DNA of 64,000 nt, from contig JBPOHT010000037.1 in the NCBI GenBank assembly GCA_052035235.1, positions 16,759-80,758 of the forward strand. The letters are read 5' to 3'. The notes below the pieces were generated by a model. It had not been told where the DNA came from. It saw only the letters and a list, made by a program, of their open reading frames with translations, and made no database searches. This document shows, one piece after another, positions 1 through 8,208 of the stretch. Every line of letters starts with the position of its first letter. Position 1 is the first letter of the stretch. The translations under genes and the position numbers were made by a program. The stretch is from Pseudomonadota bacterium (GTDB taxonomy: Bacteria > Pseudomonadota > Gammaproteobacteria > Nevskiales > Nevskiaceae).

Positions 1-964
1 GGATCGGCGCCACCGGCTTCTCGAAGCCGTGGGCATTGTCGACGCGGATGCGGCCGGTGGGCTTCTTGCTCTTCTTGTTGTCGCGCTTGCCGCCCTTGCC
101 TTCGGCCAGGTGCAGCTCGGTGCGGTGATGACGGTCGTCGCGGCGACCACCACGGTCGGCACCCGGCGCGGGCGCGGTACCCGGTGCGGGGGTGGCGGCG
201 GTGGTGGCGGCTGCCGGGCGGCGCGGCGCGGCCACGGGGGCCGGGGCCGGCGGCGGCGCCAGGGCGGCCAGGCGCGCGGCCTCGGCGGCACGGCGCACGT
301 TCTCCGCAGCGCGGTTGCGCGAGGACTCGGCCTCGTACTTGGCGCGGTACAGCGGGTCTTCCTTCATGCGACGCTCGTGGGTCTCACGAGCCTCGCGCGC
401 GCTGGCCTCGGCCTCGGCACGCTTGCGTTCTTCTTCCGCGACGGCCTGCTGGCGCTCCAGGTCTTCCTGGGCGCGCTGGGCGGCCAACTCGGCGGCCCGC
501 TCGGCGGCGGCAGCCTTGTCGGCGGCCAGGCGCTGCGCGGCTTCCTCGGCGGCACGGATGGCTTCTTCATCCAGCGGCTGTTCCGGCTCGACAGCAGCGG
601 GCGCAGCAGCGGCGACGGCTTCCGCGCCGCCCTCCATCAGGTCATCCTTGACGTAGGTGCGCTTCTTGCGAACCTCGATGCTGACCGTCTTGGTCGGCGC
701 GCCACGGCCGCCACCGAGCTTGAGCTCGGTGGTTTCCTTGCGCTTGAGCGTGATGCTGCTGCTGCCGCGAGTGCCCAGCGTGCCGCCACCACCGCCCGGC
801 GCCTTCTGGCGCAGGTAGGCCAGCAGCGCCACCTTGTTCTCGGGAGTGACGGAAGACTGTGCGTCGGACACCGACACACCAGCCTCGCTGAACTGCACCA
901 GCAGCTCGGCGACGGGCCGCTTCAGCTCGTTGGCAAAATCTTGAACCGTTACGTTTATCGACAT
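1..964 (-). CDS. infB: Translation initiation factor IF-2, N-terminal part (runs off the left edge)
   Basis: Translated by hand from ATG at 964: MSINVTVQDFANELKRPVAELLVQF...KTVSIEVRKKRTYV...HGFEKPVAPI. Follows nusA and rimP as in the conserved operon. Confidence 0.95.
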   Translation of the reverse strand, partial: MSINVTVQDFANELKRPVAELLVQFSEAGVSVSDAQSSVTPENKVALLAYLRQKAPGGGGGTLGTRGSSSITLKRKETTELKLGGGRGAPTKTVSIEVRKKRTYVKDDLMEGGAEAVAAAAPAAVEPEQPLDEEAIRAAEEAAQRLAADKAAAAERAAELAAQRAQEDLERQQAVAEEERKRAEAEASAREARETHERRMKEDPLYRAKYEAESSRNRAAENVRRAAEAARLAALAPPPAPAPVAAPRRPAAATTAATPAPGTAPAPGADRGGRRDDRHHRTELHLAEGKGGKRDNKKSKKPTGRIRVDNAHGFEKPVAPI

Positions 965-992
965 AGTGTTCCTTCGCCTTCCGCAGGCAGCC

Positions 993-2483
993 TCAGGCGT
1001 AAGCCTTGGTACGCGCCGCCATGATCAGCGCGGAGGCCCGCTCGTCGCCCAGGTCGGGCAACATTTCCACCAATTCATCTGTCGCGAGGTCCGCAAGGCT
1101 CTCGCAGTTGGCAACGCCGGCCTCGGCCAGCGCGTAGGCGGTGTCCTCGTCGATACCCTTCAGCGACAGCAGGTCTTCCGAGGGGGTGGCGCCGGCAGCG
1201 CGTTCGGCCTTGGCGATCGCCTTGGTCAGCAGCACGTCGCGGGCGCGGTTACGCAGCTCCTCGACGATGGCCTCGTCGAACTCGTCGATCTGCAGCAGCT
1301 CTTCGGTCGGCACGTAGGCGATCTCCTCGAGCGAGGTGAAGCCCTCCTGCACCAGCACGCCAGCCACTTCGGCATCGACGTCGAGGCTGTCCATGAAGAC
1401 CTGCAGCACGCCCAGGTTTTCCTGTTCCTTCTTGGCCTCGGCCTCGGCCGCGGTCATGACGTTGAGCGACCAGCCGGTCAGTTCGGAGGCCAGGCGCACG
1501 TTCTGGCCGCCGCGGCCGATGGCCTGGGCCAGCTTCTCTTCCGATACGCCGATGGTCATGGCGTGGGACTCTTCGTCAACGACGATGGTCTCGACTTCGG
1601 CCGGGGCCATGGCGTTGATGACGAACTGGGCGATGTTGTCGTCCCAGGGCACGATATCGACACGCTCGCCGGCGAGTTCGTTGGACACGCTCTGCACGCG
1701 CGAACCGCGCATGCCGACGCAAGCGCCGACCGGGTCGATGCGCTTGTCCTTGGCCTGCACCGCAATCTTGGCGCGCAGGCCCGGATCGCGTGCGGCGCCC
1801 TTGAGCTCGATCAGGCCCTGGGCGATTTCCGGCACTTCGAGATTGAACAGCTCCATCAGGTACTGCGGCGAGGTGCGCGACAGGAACAGCTGCGGACCAC
1901 GAACCTGCGGGCTGACTTCATAGAGGTAGCCGCGCATGCGGTCACCCGGGCGCACCGGCTCACGCGGAATCAGCTGGTCGCGCAGCACGATGGCCTCGGC
2001 GTTGCCGCCCAGGTCCAGGATGACGTTGCCGCGCTCGATGCGCTTGACCAGACCGGTGATCAGCTCACCGACGCGAGCCTTGTAGGCCGCCACGATCTGG
2101 GAACGCTCGGCCTCGCGCACCTTCTGCACGATGACCTGCTTGGCCTTCTGCGCGCCGATGCGGCCGAAGTCCACGGACTCGACCTTGCGCTCGATGACGT
2201 CGCCGGGCTGGGCGTCTTCCTTTTCCTTCTGCGCGTAGGTCAGCTTGATCTGGCGCTCGGGGTACTCGAAGTCCTCGCTGTCGTCCTCCAGGACGGCCCA
2301 GCGACGGTAGGTGTCGTATTCGCCGGTGGTGCGGTCGATGAAGACGCGCAGTTCCGACTCGTCACCGTACTTTTCCTTGCCGGCGGAAGCGAGCGCGGCC
2401 TCCAGGGCCAGGAAAATCATTTCCTTCTCGACGCCCTTCTCGTTGGAGACGACGTCTACCATCAAGAGAATGTTCTTGTTCAC
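993..2483 (-). CDS. nusA: Transcription termination/antitermination factor NusA
   Basis: MNKNILLMVDVVSNEKGV, FGRIGAQKAKQVIVQKVREAER, GACVGMRGSRVQ, AIGRGGQNVRLASELTGW, plus C-terminal acidic repeats. Confidence 0.98.
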   Translation of the reverse strand: MNKNILLMVDVVSNEKGVEKEMIFLALEAALASAGKEKYGDESELRVFIDRTTGEYDTYRRWAVLEDDSEDFEYPERQIKLTYAQKEKEDAQPGDVIERKVESVDFGRIGAQKAKQVIVQKVREAERSQIVAAYKARVGELITGLVKRIERGNVILDLGGNAEAIVLRDQLIPREPVRPGDRMRGYLYEVSPQVRGPQLFLSRTSPQYLMELFNLEVPEIAQGLIELKGAARDPGLRAKIAVQAKDKRIDPVGACVGMRGSRVQSVSNELAGERVDIVPWDDNIAQFVINAMAPAEVETIVVDEESHAMTIGVSEEKLAQAIGRGGQNVRLASELTGWSLNVMTAAEAEAKKEQENLGVLQVFMDSLDVDAEVAGVLVQEGFTSLEEIAYVPTEELLQIDEFDEAIVEELRNRARDVLLTKAIAKAERAAGATPSEDLLSLKGIDEDTAYALAEAGVANCESLADLATDELVEMLPDLGDERASALIMAARTKAYA

Positions 2484-2489
2484 GCGCTA

Positions 2490-2954
2490 CTACTCCCGGT
2501 CATAGTCAGGAACGAGACGCGCCCGTTCCATCTCGGAATATTCGATTTCGATGTCGCCCTGCTCGGTTTCGAGGGTCACGCTCTTGTCGTTGGACGCACG
2601 GATCCAGCCGATGAAGCGGCGGCGTCCGTTCTTGGGGGCCAACAACTGGATACGTGCCTGCTCGTTCATGAAGCGCTCGAAATGCGCCGGCTTGGCCAGC
2701 GGGCGATCGAGGCCGGGCGAGGAGACTTCCAGCGAATACTGGGTACTGATGGGGTCTTCGACATCCATCTGGGCAGCCACTTCGCGGCTGACCTTTTCGC
2801 AATCTTCCACGCCGATGCCGTTGGCGCTGTCGATGAACAGGCGCAGCAGGGCATTGTGGCTGTTCGGGCTGAACTCGAGCAGCACGAGCTCGTAACCCAT
2901 CGATTCCACGACGGGCTCCAGCATCTGTACCAACCTCTCGCGCAACACAGTCAT
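2490..2954 (-). CDS. rimP: Ribosome maturation factor RimP
   Basis: LRLFIDS, DCEKVSR, YSLEVSSPGLDRPL motifs. Start moved to MTVLRERL (ATG 2954). Confidence 0.95.
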   Translation of the reverse strand: MTVLRERLVQMLEPVVESMGYELVLLEFSPNSHNALLRLFIDSANGIGVEDCEKVSREVAAQMDVEDPISTQYSLEVSSPGLDRPLAKPAHFERFMNEQARIQLLAPKNGRRRFIGWIRASNDKSVTLETEQGDIEIEYSEMERARLVPDYDRE

Positions 2955-2975
2955 TTTCAGAAAATCTTCAGAAAT

Positions 2976-2998
2976 GAAAATGGCCCTCAAGGGGCCAT
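2976..2998 (-). terminator. Host intrinsic terminator/attenuator between the tRNA-fMet position and rimP
   Basis: 7-bp stem ATGGCCC/GGGCCAT (2980-2998) followed by a T run on the minus strand. Confidence 0.6.
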
Positions 2999-3024
2999 GT
3001 CGGAGCCTACAAATAATCTTAAAT

Positions 3025-3042
3025 TGGTAGCGGGGGCAGGAT
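3025..3042 (+). repeat. Left prophage attachment site (displaced 3' end of tRNA-fMet)
   Basis: TGGTAGCGGGGGCAGGAT, identical to 37696-37713. Confidence 0.92.
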
Positions 3043-3173
3043 ACGGAACCAATCTGACTCGCGTAATCCGTGTGCCGCTGCTGCCAAGACAGCGCAAATT
3101 ATAGGGGGACACAGCCAAAAAGCATAGAGCAATTTGACCGAAAACAGAAACTCCAACTTATCCACAGGCCCTC

Positions 3174-3443
3174 TCAGGCCTTTTGCAGCATCCCCGGCGG
3201 CCCATCGCGCCACAGCCTGGCCGTCGTCGCCTGGTGGAACAGCAGCGCAGCCTCGAAGAACAGCACCGCCCCCGTGATCGTCTGCCCCCAGGCTAACGGC
3301 GCCAGCAGCATCCCCAGGGATGCCGTGGTCAGCAGCGACAGGGACAGCCGCACCCCCCTGGCCGTCTCTGAATTCGCCTTCATCACACGCCAGTAGCCCA
3401 GGCCCACCAGGCCCGCGCAGATCGCCACATGCAGGTAGATCAT
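3174..3443 (-). CDS. Small phage membrane protein (holin/antiholin candidate)
   Basis: MIYLHVAICAGLVGLGYWRV..., about 3 hydrophobic segments; ATGA overlap with the upstream gene. Confidence 0.6.
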   Translation of the reverse strand: MIYLHVAICAGLVGLGYWRVMKANSETARGVRLSLSLLTTASLGMLLAPLAWGQTITGAVLFFEAALLFHQATTARLWRDGPPGMLQKA

Positions 3444-3793
3444 GAAGCCCGCTCCTTGGTGATTCGGGACAGGAGCCAATCCTTTAGCCCCAGCCAGTTG
3501 TCCCCGACCAATGCAATGATGAACGCCGCCGGCATCAGCAACTGCTGCACCGGGTGCCCGATCAGGTCGGACAGGTACGCCGCCGCAAAGCTCGCCGTCA
3601 TCGCGCTCATCGTCACCGCCCGGAAGAAGTAGAGAAACCCCTTCCGCCCGTGCAGGTCCATGCTGGACAGCGCGCAGAGCGCCCCCGCCACCGCCCCCAG
3701 CAGGATGATGGCGTACTCGCCCAGGATCGGGGACAGGGACGTGATCGTCCCGGCTGCCGCGATGGTCGTAGGATCAGCCTTTCCGGGCAGCAT
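3440..3793 (-). CDS. Phage membrane protein, putative holin
   Basis: MLPGKADPTT...; 3-4 hydrophobic segments and a basic C-terminus; lies in the lysis region. Confidence 0.6.
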   Translation of the reverse strand: MLPGKADPTTIAAAGTITSLSPILGEYAIILLGAVAGALCALSSMDLHGRKGFLYFFRAVTMSAMTASFAAAYLSDLIGHPVQQLLMPAAFIIALVGDNWLGLKDWLLSRITKERAS

Positions 3794-4118
3794 GGTGTTT
3801 CCCCCAAACGATGATGAATGCCGCAGCCGCGGCAAAGGGAAGCACTCCCACCTGATCCAGGCAGAGCGAGCTTCCATAGTCGATTTCCTTGTAGCTCAGC
3901 GCCCCGCACACCGCCGTGGCGCCCTCCTCGATCATGCCCACCCAGCAGATCCACACCAGCACCGCCTCCCGCACATAGTCCAGCAGCAGCCAGAACAGCA
4001 CGGCCCCCTCCACGCCCCGGAAGATGTAGAACAGCCAGCTTTGCTCCTGCGGGTCGCCGTAGGCCGCATACCCGTAGTGGGTCAGGCCCACGACCACCAG
4101 CAGGAGCGCAGCCTTCAC
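3774..4118 (-). CDS. Phage membrane protein
   Basis: 114 aa with several hydrophobic stretches; GTG start overlaps the upstream TGA. Confidence 0.6.
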   Translation of the reverse strand: MKAALLLVVVGLTHYGYAAYGDPQEQSWLFYIFRGVEGAVLFWLLLDYVREAVLVWICWVGMIEEGATAVCGALSYKEIDYGSSLCLDQVGVLPFAAAAAFIIVWGKHHAARKG

Positions 4119-4204
4119 TTCCGGCGCTTCCCGCCACCACCACCGCCTTCCTTCTTGCGGACCGGACCCGGGCCACCGCCACTCGCCTTCTTGCTCACCG
4201 CCAT
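4115..4204 (-). CDS. 29-aa Lys/Gly-rich peptide (absent from the ORF track)
   Basis: MAVSKKASGGGPGPVRKKEGGGGGGKRRK*. AAAGGAGG lies 6 nt upstream and the stop forms a GTGA overlap with the next gene. Confidence 0.55.
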   Translation of the reverse strand: MAVSKKASGGGPGPVRKKEGGGGGGKRRK

Positions 4205-4243
4205 GCTCATCCTCCTTTCGTGGAAACAGCCTTCACAGCATTG

Positions 4244-4684
4244 TCAGTCGGCCGCTGCCGACGCGTGCGCCTGCGGGCGCACCACAGCCATCAGGGCCCG
4301 GCACTGCTCTTGGTTTTCGCGGGAGGCAACGAGCTCGGCAGCGAGGTCAGCTCGTCTATCAGGGGCGTCGGTTTCAGCGGCCGTAGCAAGCTCTCCGGCA
4401 CCATGCACTGCCCAACGGGGGCCTTCGTCGCACAGCCGCACAACACGCTCGCGCACAACAGGAACATTGCGTTCCACTGTCTTGATCCGGTCCACATACT
4501 TGATCACCTCTCGGACATTGTTCTCCGACGTCGCCAGGTCCTGACGCGCCTCCGCCGCGGCGCGGGCCGCCTGGCGCGCCTCCCAGGCCGCATCGGCATC
4601 GCGGCGCCCCTTCCCATAGGCCGCCACGCACAGCACCAAGCCCAGCAGGGCCACCAGCTTCCACAGGTGCGGGAACGCGATCAC
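4244..4684 (-). CDS. Rz-like inner-membrane spanin
   Basis: N-terminal TM helix then a coiled-coil; immediately downstream of the endolysin. Confidence 0.75.
   Translation of the reverse strand: MIAFPHLWKLVALLGLVLCVAAYGKGRRDADAAWEARQAARAAAEARQDLATSENNVREVIKYVDRIKTVERNVPVVRERVVRLCDEGPRWAVHGAGELATAAETDAPDRRADLAAELVASRENQEQCRALMAVVRPQAHASAAAD
4291..4497 (-). CDS. Rz1-like outer-membrane lipoprotein spanin embedded in Rz
   Basis: Lipobox VLCG-C followed by a Pro-rich mature part; fully nested in Rz in another frame. Confidence 0.65.
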   Translation of the reverse strand: MWTGSRQWNAMFLLCASVLCGCATKAPVGQCMVPESLLRPLKPTPLIDELTSLPSSLPPAKTKSSAGP

Positions 4685-4687
4685 GCC

Positions 4688-5191
4688 TCAGTCCTCGATC
4701 AGGTTGCTGGCGATGCGCCGGGCCCAACCGCGGGCGAAGTCCGGCCAGGTCTTCAGGTCCGCCAGGAACAGCAGCCGGTAGCCAGAAAGACGCGAGTCCA
4801 GCTGCTCGGGGTCCATAGCATTCGCCGCCGCCACGGTGGCCGGGCCCATCACCCCGTCGTCCTTCGCGCCGGCGGCGCGCTGCAGGAACTTCACCGCCTG
4901 GGGGATGCTCGAGTTCACCGCCGCATCGAACACGTCGAAGCGCACCGCGGCCGGCAGCAGGTCCAGCTTCAGCTTGTCCCACCAGTCCCGCTTGTAGATC
5001 GGCCGAACCTGCTCGCGCGTCAGGTTGCGGATATCCAGGCTGGGATAGGTATTGGCCGCCAGGCCGTACTTGGTGCCCTTGAGCTGGCCCACGCCCACCT
5101 TCCCGCCCGTCCAGTTCCCCGGGTCTTTCGGGTTGTCAGTGAAGCCACCCTCGTGCCCGATCAGCCGCTCGAATGCCTGGTCGAAGTTCAT
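4688..5191 (-). CDS. Endolysin, glycoside hydrolase family 108 with PG-binding domain
   Basis: MNFDQAFERLIGHEGGFTDNPKDPG, TKYGL, FDAAVNS, LQRAAG..DGVMGPAT, FARGWARRI. Confidence 0.9.
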   Translation of the reverse strand: MNFDQAFERLIGHEGGFTDNPKDPGNWTGGKVGVGQLKGTKYGLAANTYPSLDIRNLTREQVRPIYKRDWWDKLKLDLLPAAVRFDVFDAAVNSSIPQAVKFLQRAAGAKDDGVMGPATVAAANAMDPEQLDSRLSGYRLLFLADLKTWPDFARGWARRIASNLIED

Positions 5192-5200
5192 GGCATCCCC

Positions 5201-8092
5201 TCACGGCGTGTACGTCGTCACCACCGAGCCCGGCTTCGCCACGTTGCCGCCCTGCGGCAGGTAGACGTAGATGCGCCCCTCCGGCGTCGTCTCGTAGTCG
5301 TAGACGCTGCCGCTGCTCGTGCACGAGTCCAGCCACATCATCGTCGCGTCCGCCGTCGGGCCCGTGCCCGCGGCAAAATTCACGCTGTTGATGCCGCTGC
5401 GCGAGTCGCGCGAGATAACGCCCAGGTTCCAGCTGTAGGCGTTGTTCACATCGTGGATGTTGCGGTTCTGGTTCAGGTACACCAGGCAACCCACGCGGAT
5501 GATGATGCCGCCGTCGTGCATCGTAGAGCCGTTGTTCGTGCCGCCCGGCTCATGCCCACCCGAGCGCCAGATGCAGTTGAACTCGAAGGTGATCGGCGGC
5601 AGGCTGCCCGGAACGCCGTGGTAGTTCGCGTCATCCAGCACATTGCCCGCGCCCAAGCAGTCACGGACATACAGCGTGATATGCCCATCCGTGCCAAGGC
5701 CGTTCTTGCCACTGCTGCCGCCGCTGTACTTGAACGAGCAATCCCACAGATAGCCCGTGGCCATGTAGGTGCCCGTCGTCGCCGCCACCTGGAACGGCCG
5801 GCTGCCGCCCTCGAAGTCGATCCCCTTCACCCAGCAGGTACCATCCACCCGCTGGTAGCAGCCGTTGCGCGCATCCAGGAACACCAGCAGGCTCGCGTCC
5901 GGCGCCCGGTTGTTGAACGTCCGCACGTACACCGTCAGCCCGCTCACGTAATAGCTATTGGCCGTCGCCTCCACGTCATCCACGCTGGCCACCGGCACCA
6001 GGCGCGTGTAGTCCCCGTCCGCATCCAGGTTCGCCGCGTCCACCACGCTGCCTACGCTGGTGATCGTCGCCTCGTAGGTGTTCGTCTTCCCCGAGCTCAG
6101 CGCCCAGCTCAGCCCCGTGTTGTTGCGCCGGCTCACCACCCGCCCCGCAAACCCCGGCCATGGCTCCACCACCAGCCCCGCGCTGGTCGGGTTCGCATCC
6201 CGCCAGGAATCGTTGCCGGCGTACACCCCCGGCTTCACATAGATCTGCACATTCCCGCTGCGGCCATGCGCCGCCTGGTACAGGCTCTTCAGCGGGTCGC
6301 TGGCCGTACCCGCATTCGCATCGCTGCCCGTGGCCACGTCCACATACAGCGTCGTACTGGCTGCAGCCGCCTGGAACGGCCGCCGCGCCTCGAAATCGCA
6401 GTCATCGAAGAAAGACGCCGTGCTGAAGCGGTAGATGCCGAAATCCGGCTGGTAAGGGAACCCTACCGGCGGCTTCACCCGCATCTTCTGAAGCAGCCGG
6501 TCCGACGCATACAGCGTCGCGTTCTTCGCCGGCGTCAGCTCCGGCACCGCCGCCGTGTCAATCGCCGCCTGCGTATCGGCGTTGATCGTCTCCTGATACA
6601 GCTGCACCACATGCATGTTGCCGTCGCCGCGCCAGGCCAACCACACCGGCCCCGCGGGAATCCCCGACACCACGAAACTCTGCACCGTCCCATTCGGCAG
6701 CGTGATCCGCACCACGCCGGACCCATCCGCCTTGCGGGAAACCTTGATCTTCACCGTATTGCCCGCCACATAGGCGCGCCCCGCAATCGCCGGAGCAATC
6801 GCGTAATCCAGCGTCTCGTCGTCCTTCACCACCAACACCTGCCCATTGGACCGGTACAGGTACTGCCGGCGTGTCGCCCCCGCCGGGCCAAACGCCACAC
6901 CCACCATGATCGAGCTGGTGTTGATCGTGATCCCGTTGGCCGTCACCTCCCAGCTCTGCGTCAGCGCGTGGGTATTGAAGTCCGTCGACACCACCACATG
7001 TCGCCCCGACTGCGTTGAGACGATATCGAGCCCGCCCGCGTTGTACGTCGCCGTAAAGCCCGACAGCGCCGTCCCGTTCGTGCGCGCCTTGGTGAACCGC
7101 GCAATCTCCGCGAAGAACTCCGGCCGCTGGCCCGCATAGTCCTTGTCCGTGATGCGCGTGTTCACCACGTTCGTGGCGGTCGGCGTCGTCTTCACCAGCG
7201 TCGCCACCGGGCCCGAGTCCACCCGGTACACGTCATAGGCGTTGTCGGCCGACGCGCTGTAGAGGTTGAAGCTCGAACCTACCGGGTTCGCCACCCCGAT
7301 CACCGCCGTCGCGGACGCCCCCGTCAGGCCGGACGACGCCGCAAAGGACAGCGTCGGCGCAGACGTGTAGCTGAACCCCGGAAAGGTGATGAAGATCGCC
7401 GTCACCGCCCCGCCGGCCACCGTGAAGGTGCCTGCCGCATTGCTGCCGCCACCGCCGGTGAAGGCCAGCGCAAAGCTGCCATTCGTACCGCCGGAGCCGC
7501 CCACCAGGCCGGTCGTGCCCACCACCCCATTGCTCAGCCCCGCCGCCGTGCTCGGGTACACCCGCCCGCTGTTCGCCGCCGCGTCCGCATAGCCGTCCGC
7601 CAGCACCGCGCTGTCCGCCGCAGAGGCCGCGCTGGCCAGCGCGCTCGCCGCGTTGGTGGCCGAGCTGGTCGCCGCTGCCGTCGCCGTCGCCTCGCTCGCC
7701 GCCGCCTGCGCCGCGTCGATGCTCGCCTCAGCCGCACTCGTCGTCGCGCTCTGCGCAGACGCCACCGCAACCGCGGCGCTCTCCACCGCGCTCTCCGCCG
7801 CCGCCTCGATCTCCGCTAGCTTCGGCGGCTCGATGTTGTCCGCCGTCCCCACCAGCGCCCCGTTGGCATCCTCGATCCGCACGCCATACGTGCCGTTCCA
7901 GTAGATCGCCGCCTCCCCGCGCGCATCCAGGATCACCGGGTTCGGGTTCGGCACCGTCTGCGTGGCATCGGTGTAGGTCGCCTTGAAGTCGTTCGTCCCG
8001 GCCGCATAGGTGTACACCTTGCCGCCCACCAGGGGATTCCCCTTGAGGTCGAAGTACTGCTGTTTGATGTTCGGGAGCACGTAGGCCGTCAT
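5201..8092 (-). CDS. Tailspike / receptor-binding protein (963 aa), probable depolymerase
   Basis: N-terminal head-binding-type segment (QYFDLKGNPLVGGKVYTYAAGT...NPVILDARG), Ala/Ser linker, then the beta-helix-type motif LYVDVATGSDANAGTASDPLKSL. Confidence 0.75.
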   Translation of the reverse strand: MTAYVLPNIKQQYFDLKGNPLVGGKVYTYAAGTNDFKATYTDATQTVPNPNPVILDARGEAAIYWNGTYGVRIEDANGALVGTADNIEPPKLAEIEAAAESAVESAAVAVASAQSATTSAAEASIDAAQAAASEATATAAATSSATNAASALASAASAADSAVLADGYADAAANSGRVYPSTAAGLSNGVVGTTGLVGGSGGTNGSFALAFTGGGGSNAAGTFTVAGGAVTAIFITFPGFSYTSAPTLSFAASSGLTGASATAVIGVANPVGSSFNLYSASADNAYDVYRVDSGPVATLVKTTPTATNVVNTRITDKDYAGQRPEFFAEIARFTKARTNGTALSGFTATYNAGGLDIVSTQSGRHVVVSTDFNTHALTQSWEVTANGITINTSSIMVGVAFGPAGATRRQYLYRSNGQVLVVKDDETLDYAIAPAIAGRAYVAGNTVKIKVSRKADGSGVVRITLPNGTVQSFVVSGIPAGPVWLAWRGDGNMHVVQLYQETINADTQAAIDTAAVPELTPAKNATLYASDRLLQKMRVKPPVGFPYQPDFGIYRFSTASFFDDCDFEARRPFQAAAASTTLYVDVATGSDANAGTASDPLKSLYQAAHGRSGNVQIYVKPGVYAGNDSWRDANPTSAGLVVEPWPGFAGRVVSRRNNTGLSWALSSGKTNTYEATITSVGSVVDAANLDADGDYTRLVPVASVDDVEATANSYYVSGLTVYVRTFNNRAPDASLLVFLDARNGCYQRVDGTCWVKGIDFEGGSRPFQVAATTGTYMATGYLWDCSFKYSGGSSGKNGLGTDGHITLYVRDCLGAGNVLDDANYHGVPGSLPPITFEFNCIWRSGGHEPGGTNNGSTMHDGGIIIRVGCLVYLNQNRNIHDVNNAYSWNLGVISRDSRSGINSVNFAAGTGPTADATMMWLDSCTSSGSVYDYETTPEGRIYVYLPQGGNVAKPGSVVTTYTP

Positions 8093-8208
8093 GGACCACT
8101 CCGGGTGACGAAAAAAGTGACGGGCACAGCCAAGCCGCCCGGATTCGGGCAGCCAGAGCTGCAAGGGGAGATCAGCGCGCCGAGCGCGCTATGCCGAAGA
8201 CGCCGCGG

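Noticed and set aside
3025-3060. Second tRNA-Met or tRNA pseudogene
   Set aside because: Only the last 18 nt of the tRNA match. This is the att duplication.
966-3104. 712-aa plus-strand ORF over nusA/rimP
   Set aside because: Antisense shadow of high-GC genes. Only its last 20 codons matter, as the attP-encoded integrase tail.
3158-3166. Perfect DnaA box TTATCCACA at the prophage end (and a one-mismatch box near 39309-39317)
   Set aside because: Isolated single sites with no cluster or unwinding element, so they cannot be distinguished from chance.
5201-5500. Tailspike 3' end as a fifth DGR target
   Set aside because: No similarity to the TR or to the IMH-like element on either strand by eye.
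3818-7018. 1066-aa plus-strand ORF; similar long ORFs at 17120-21004, 41913-44228, 45040-48576, 57189-59381 and 59809-61749
   Set aside because: All lie opposite well-supported genes, have Arg/Gly/Ala/Pro-biased composition and show no motifs. They are shadow ORFs.
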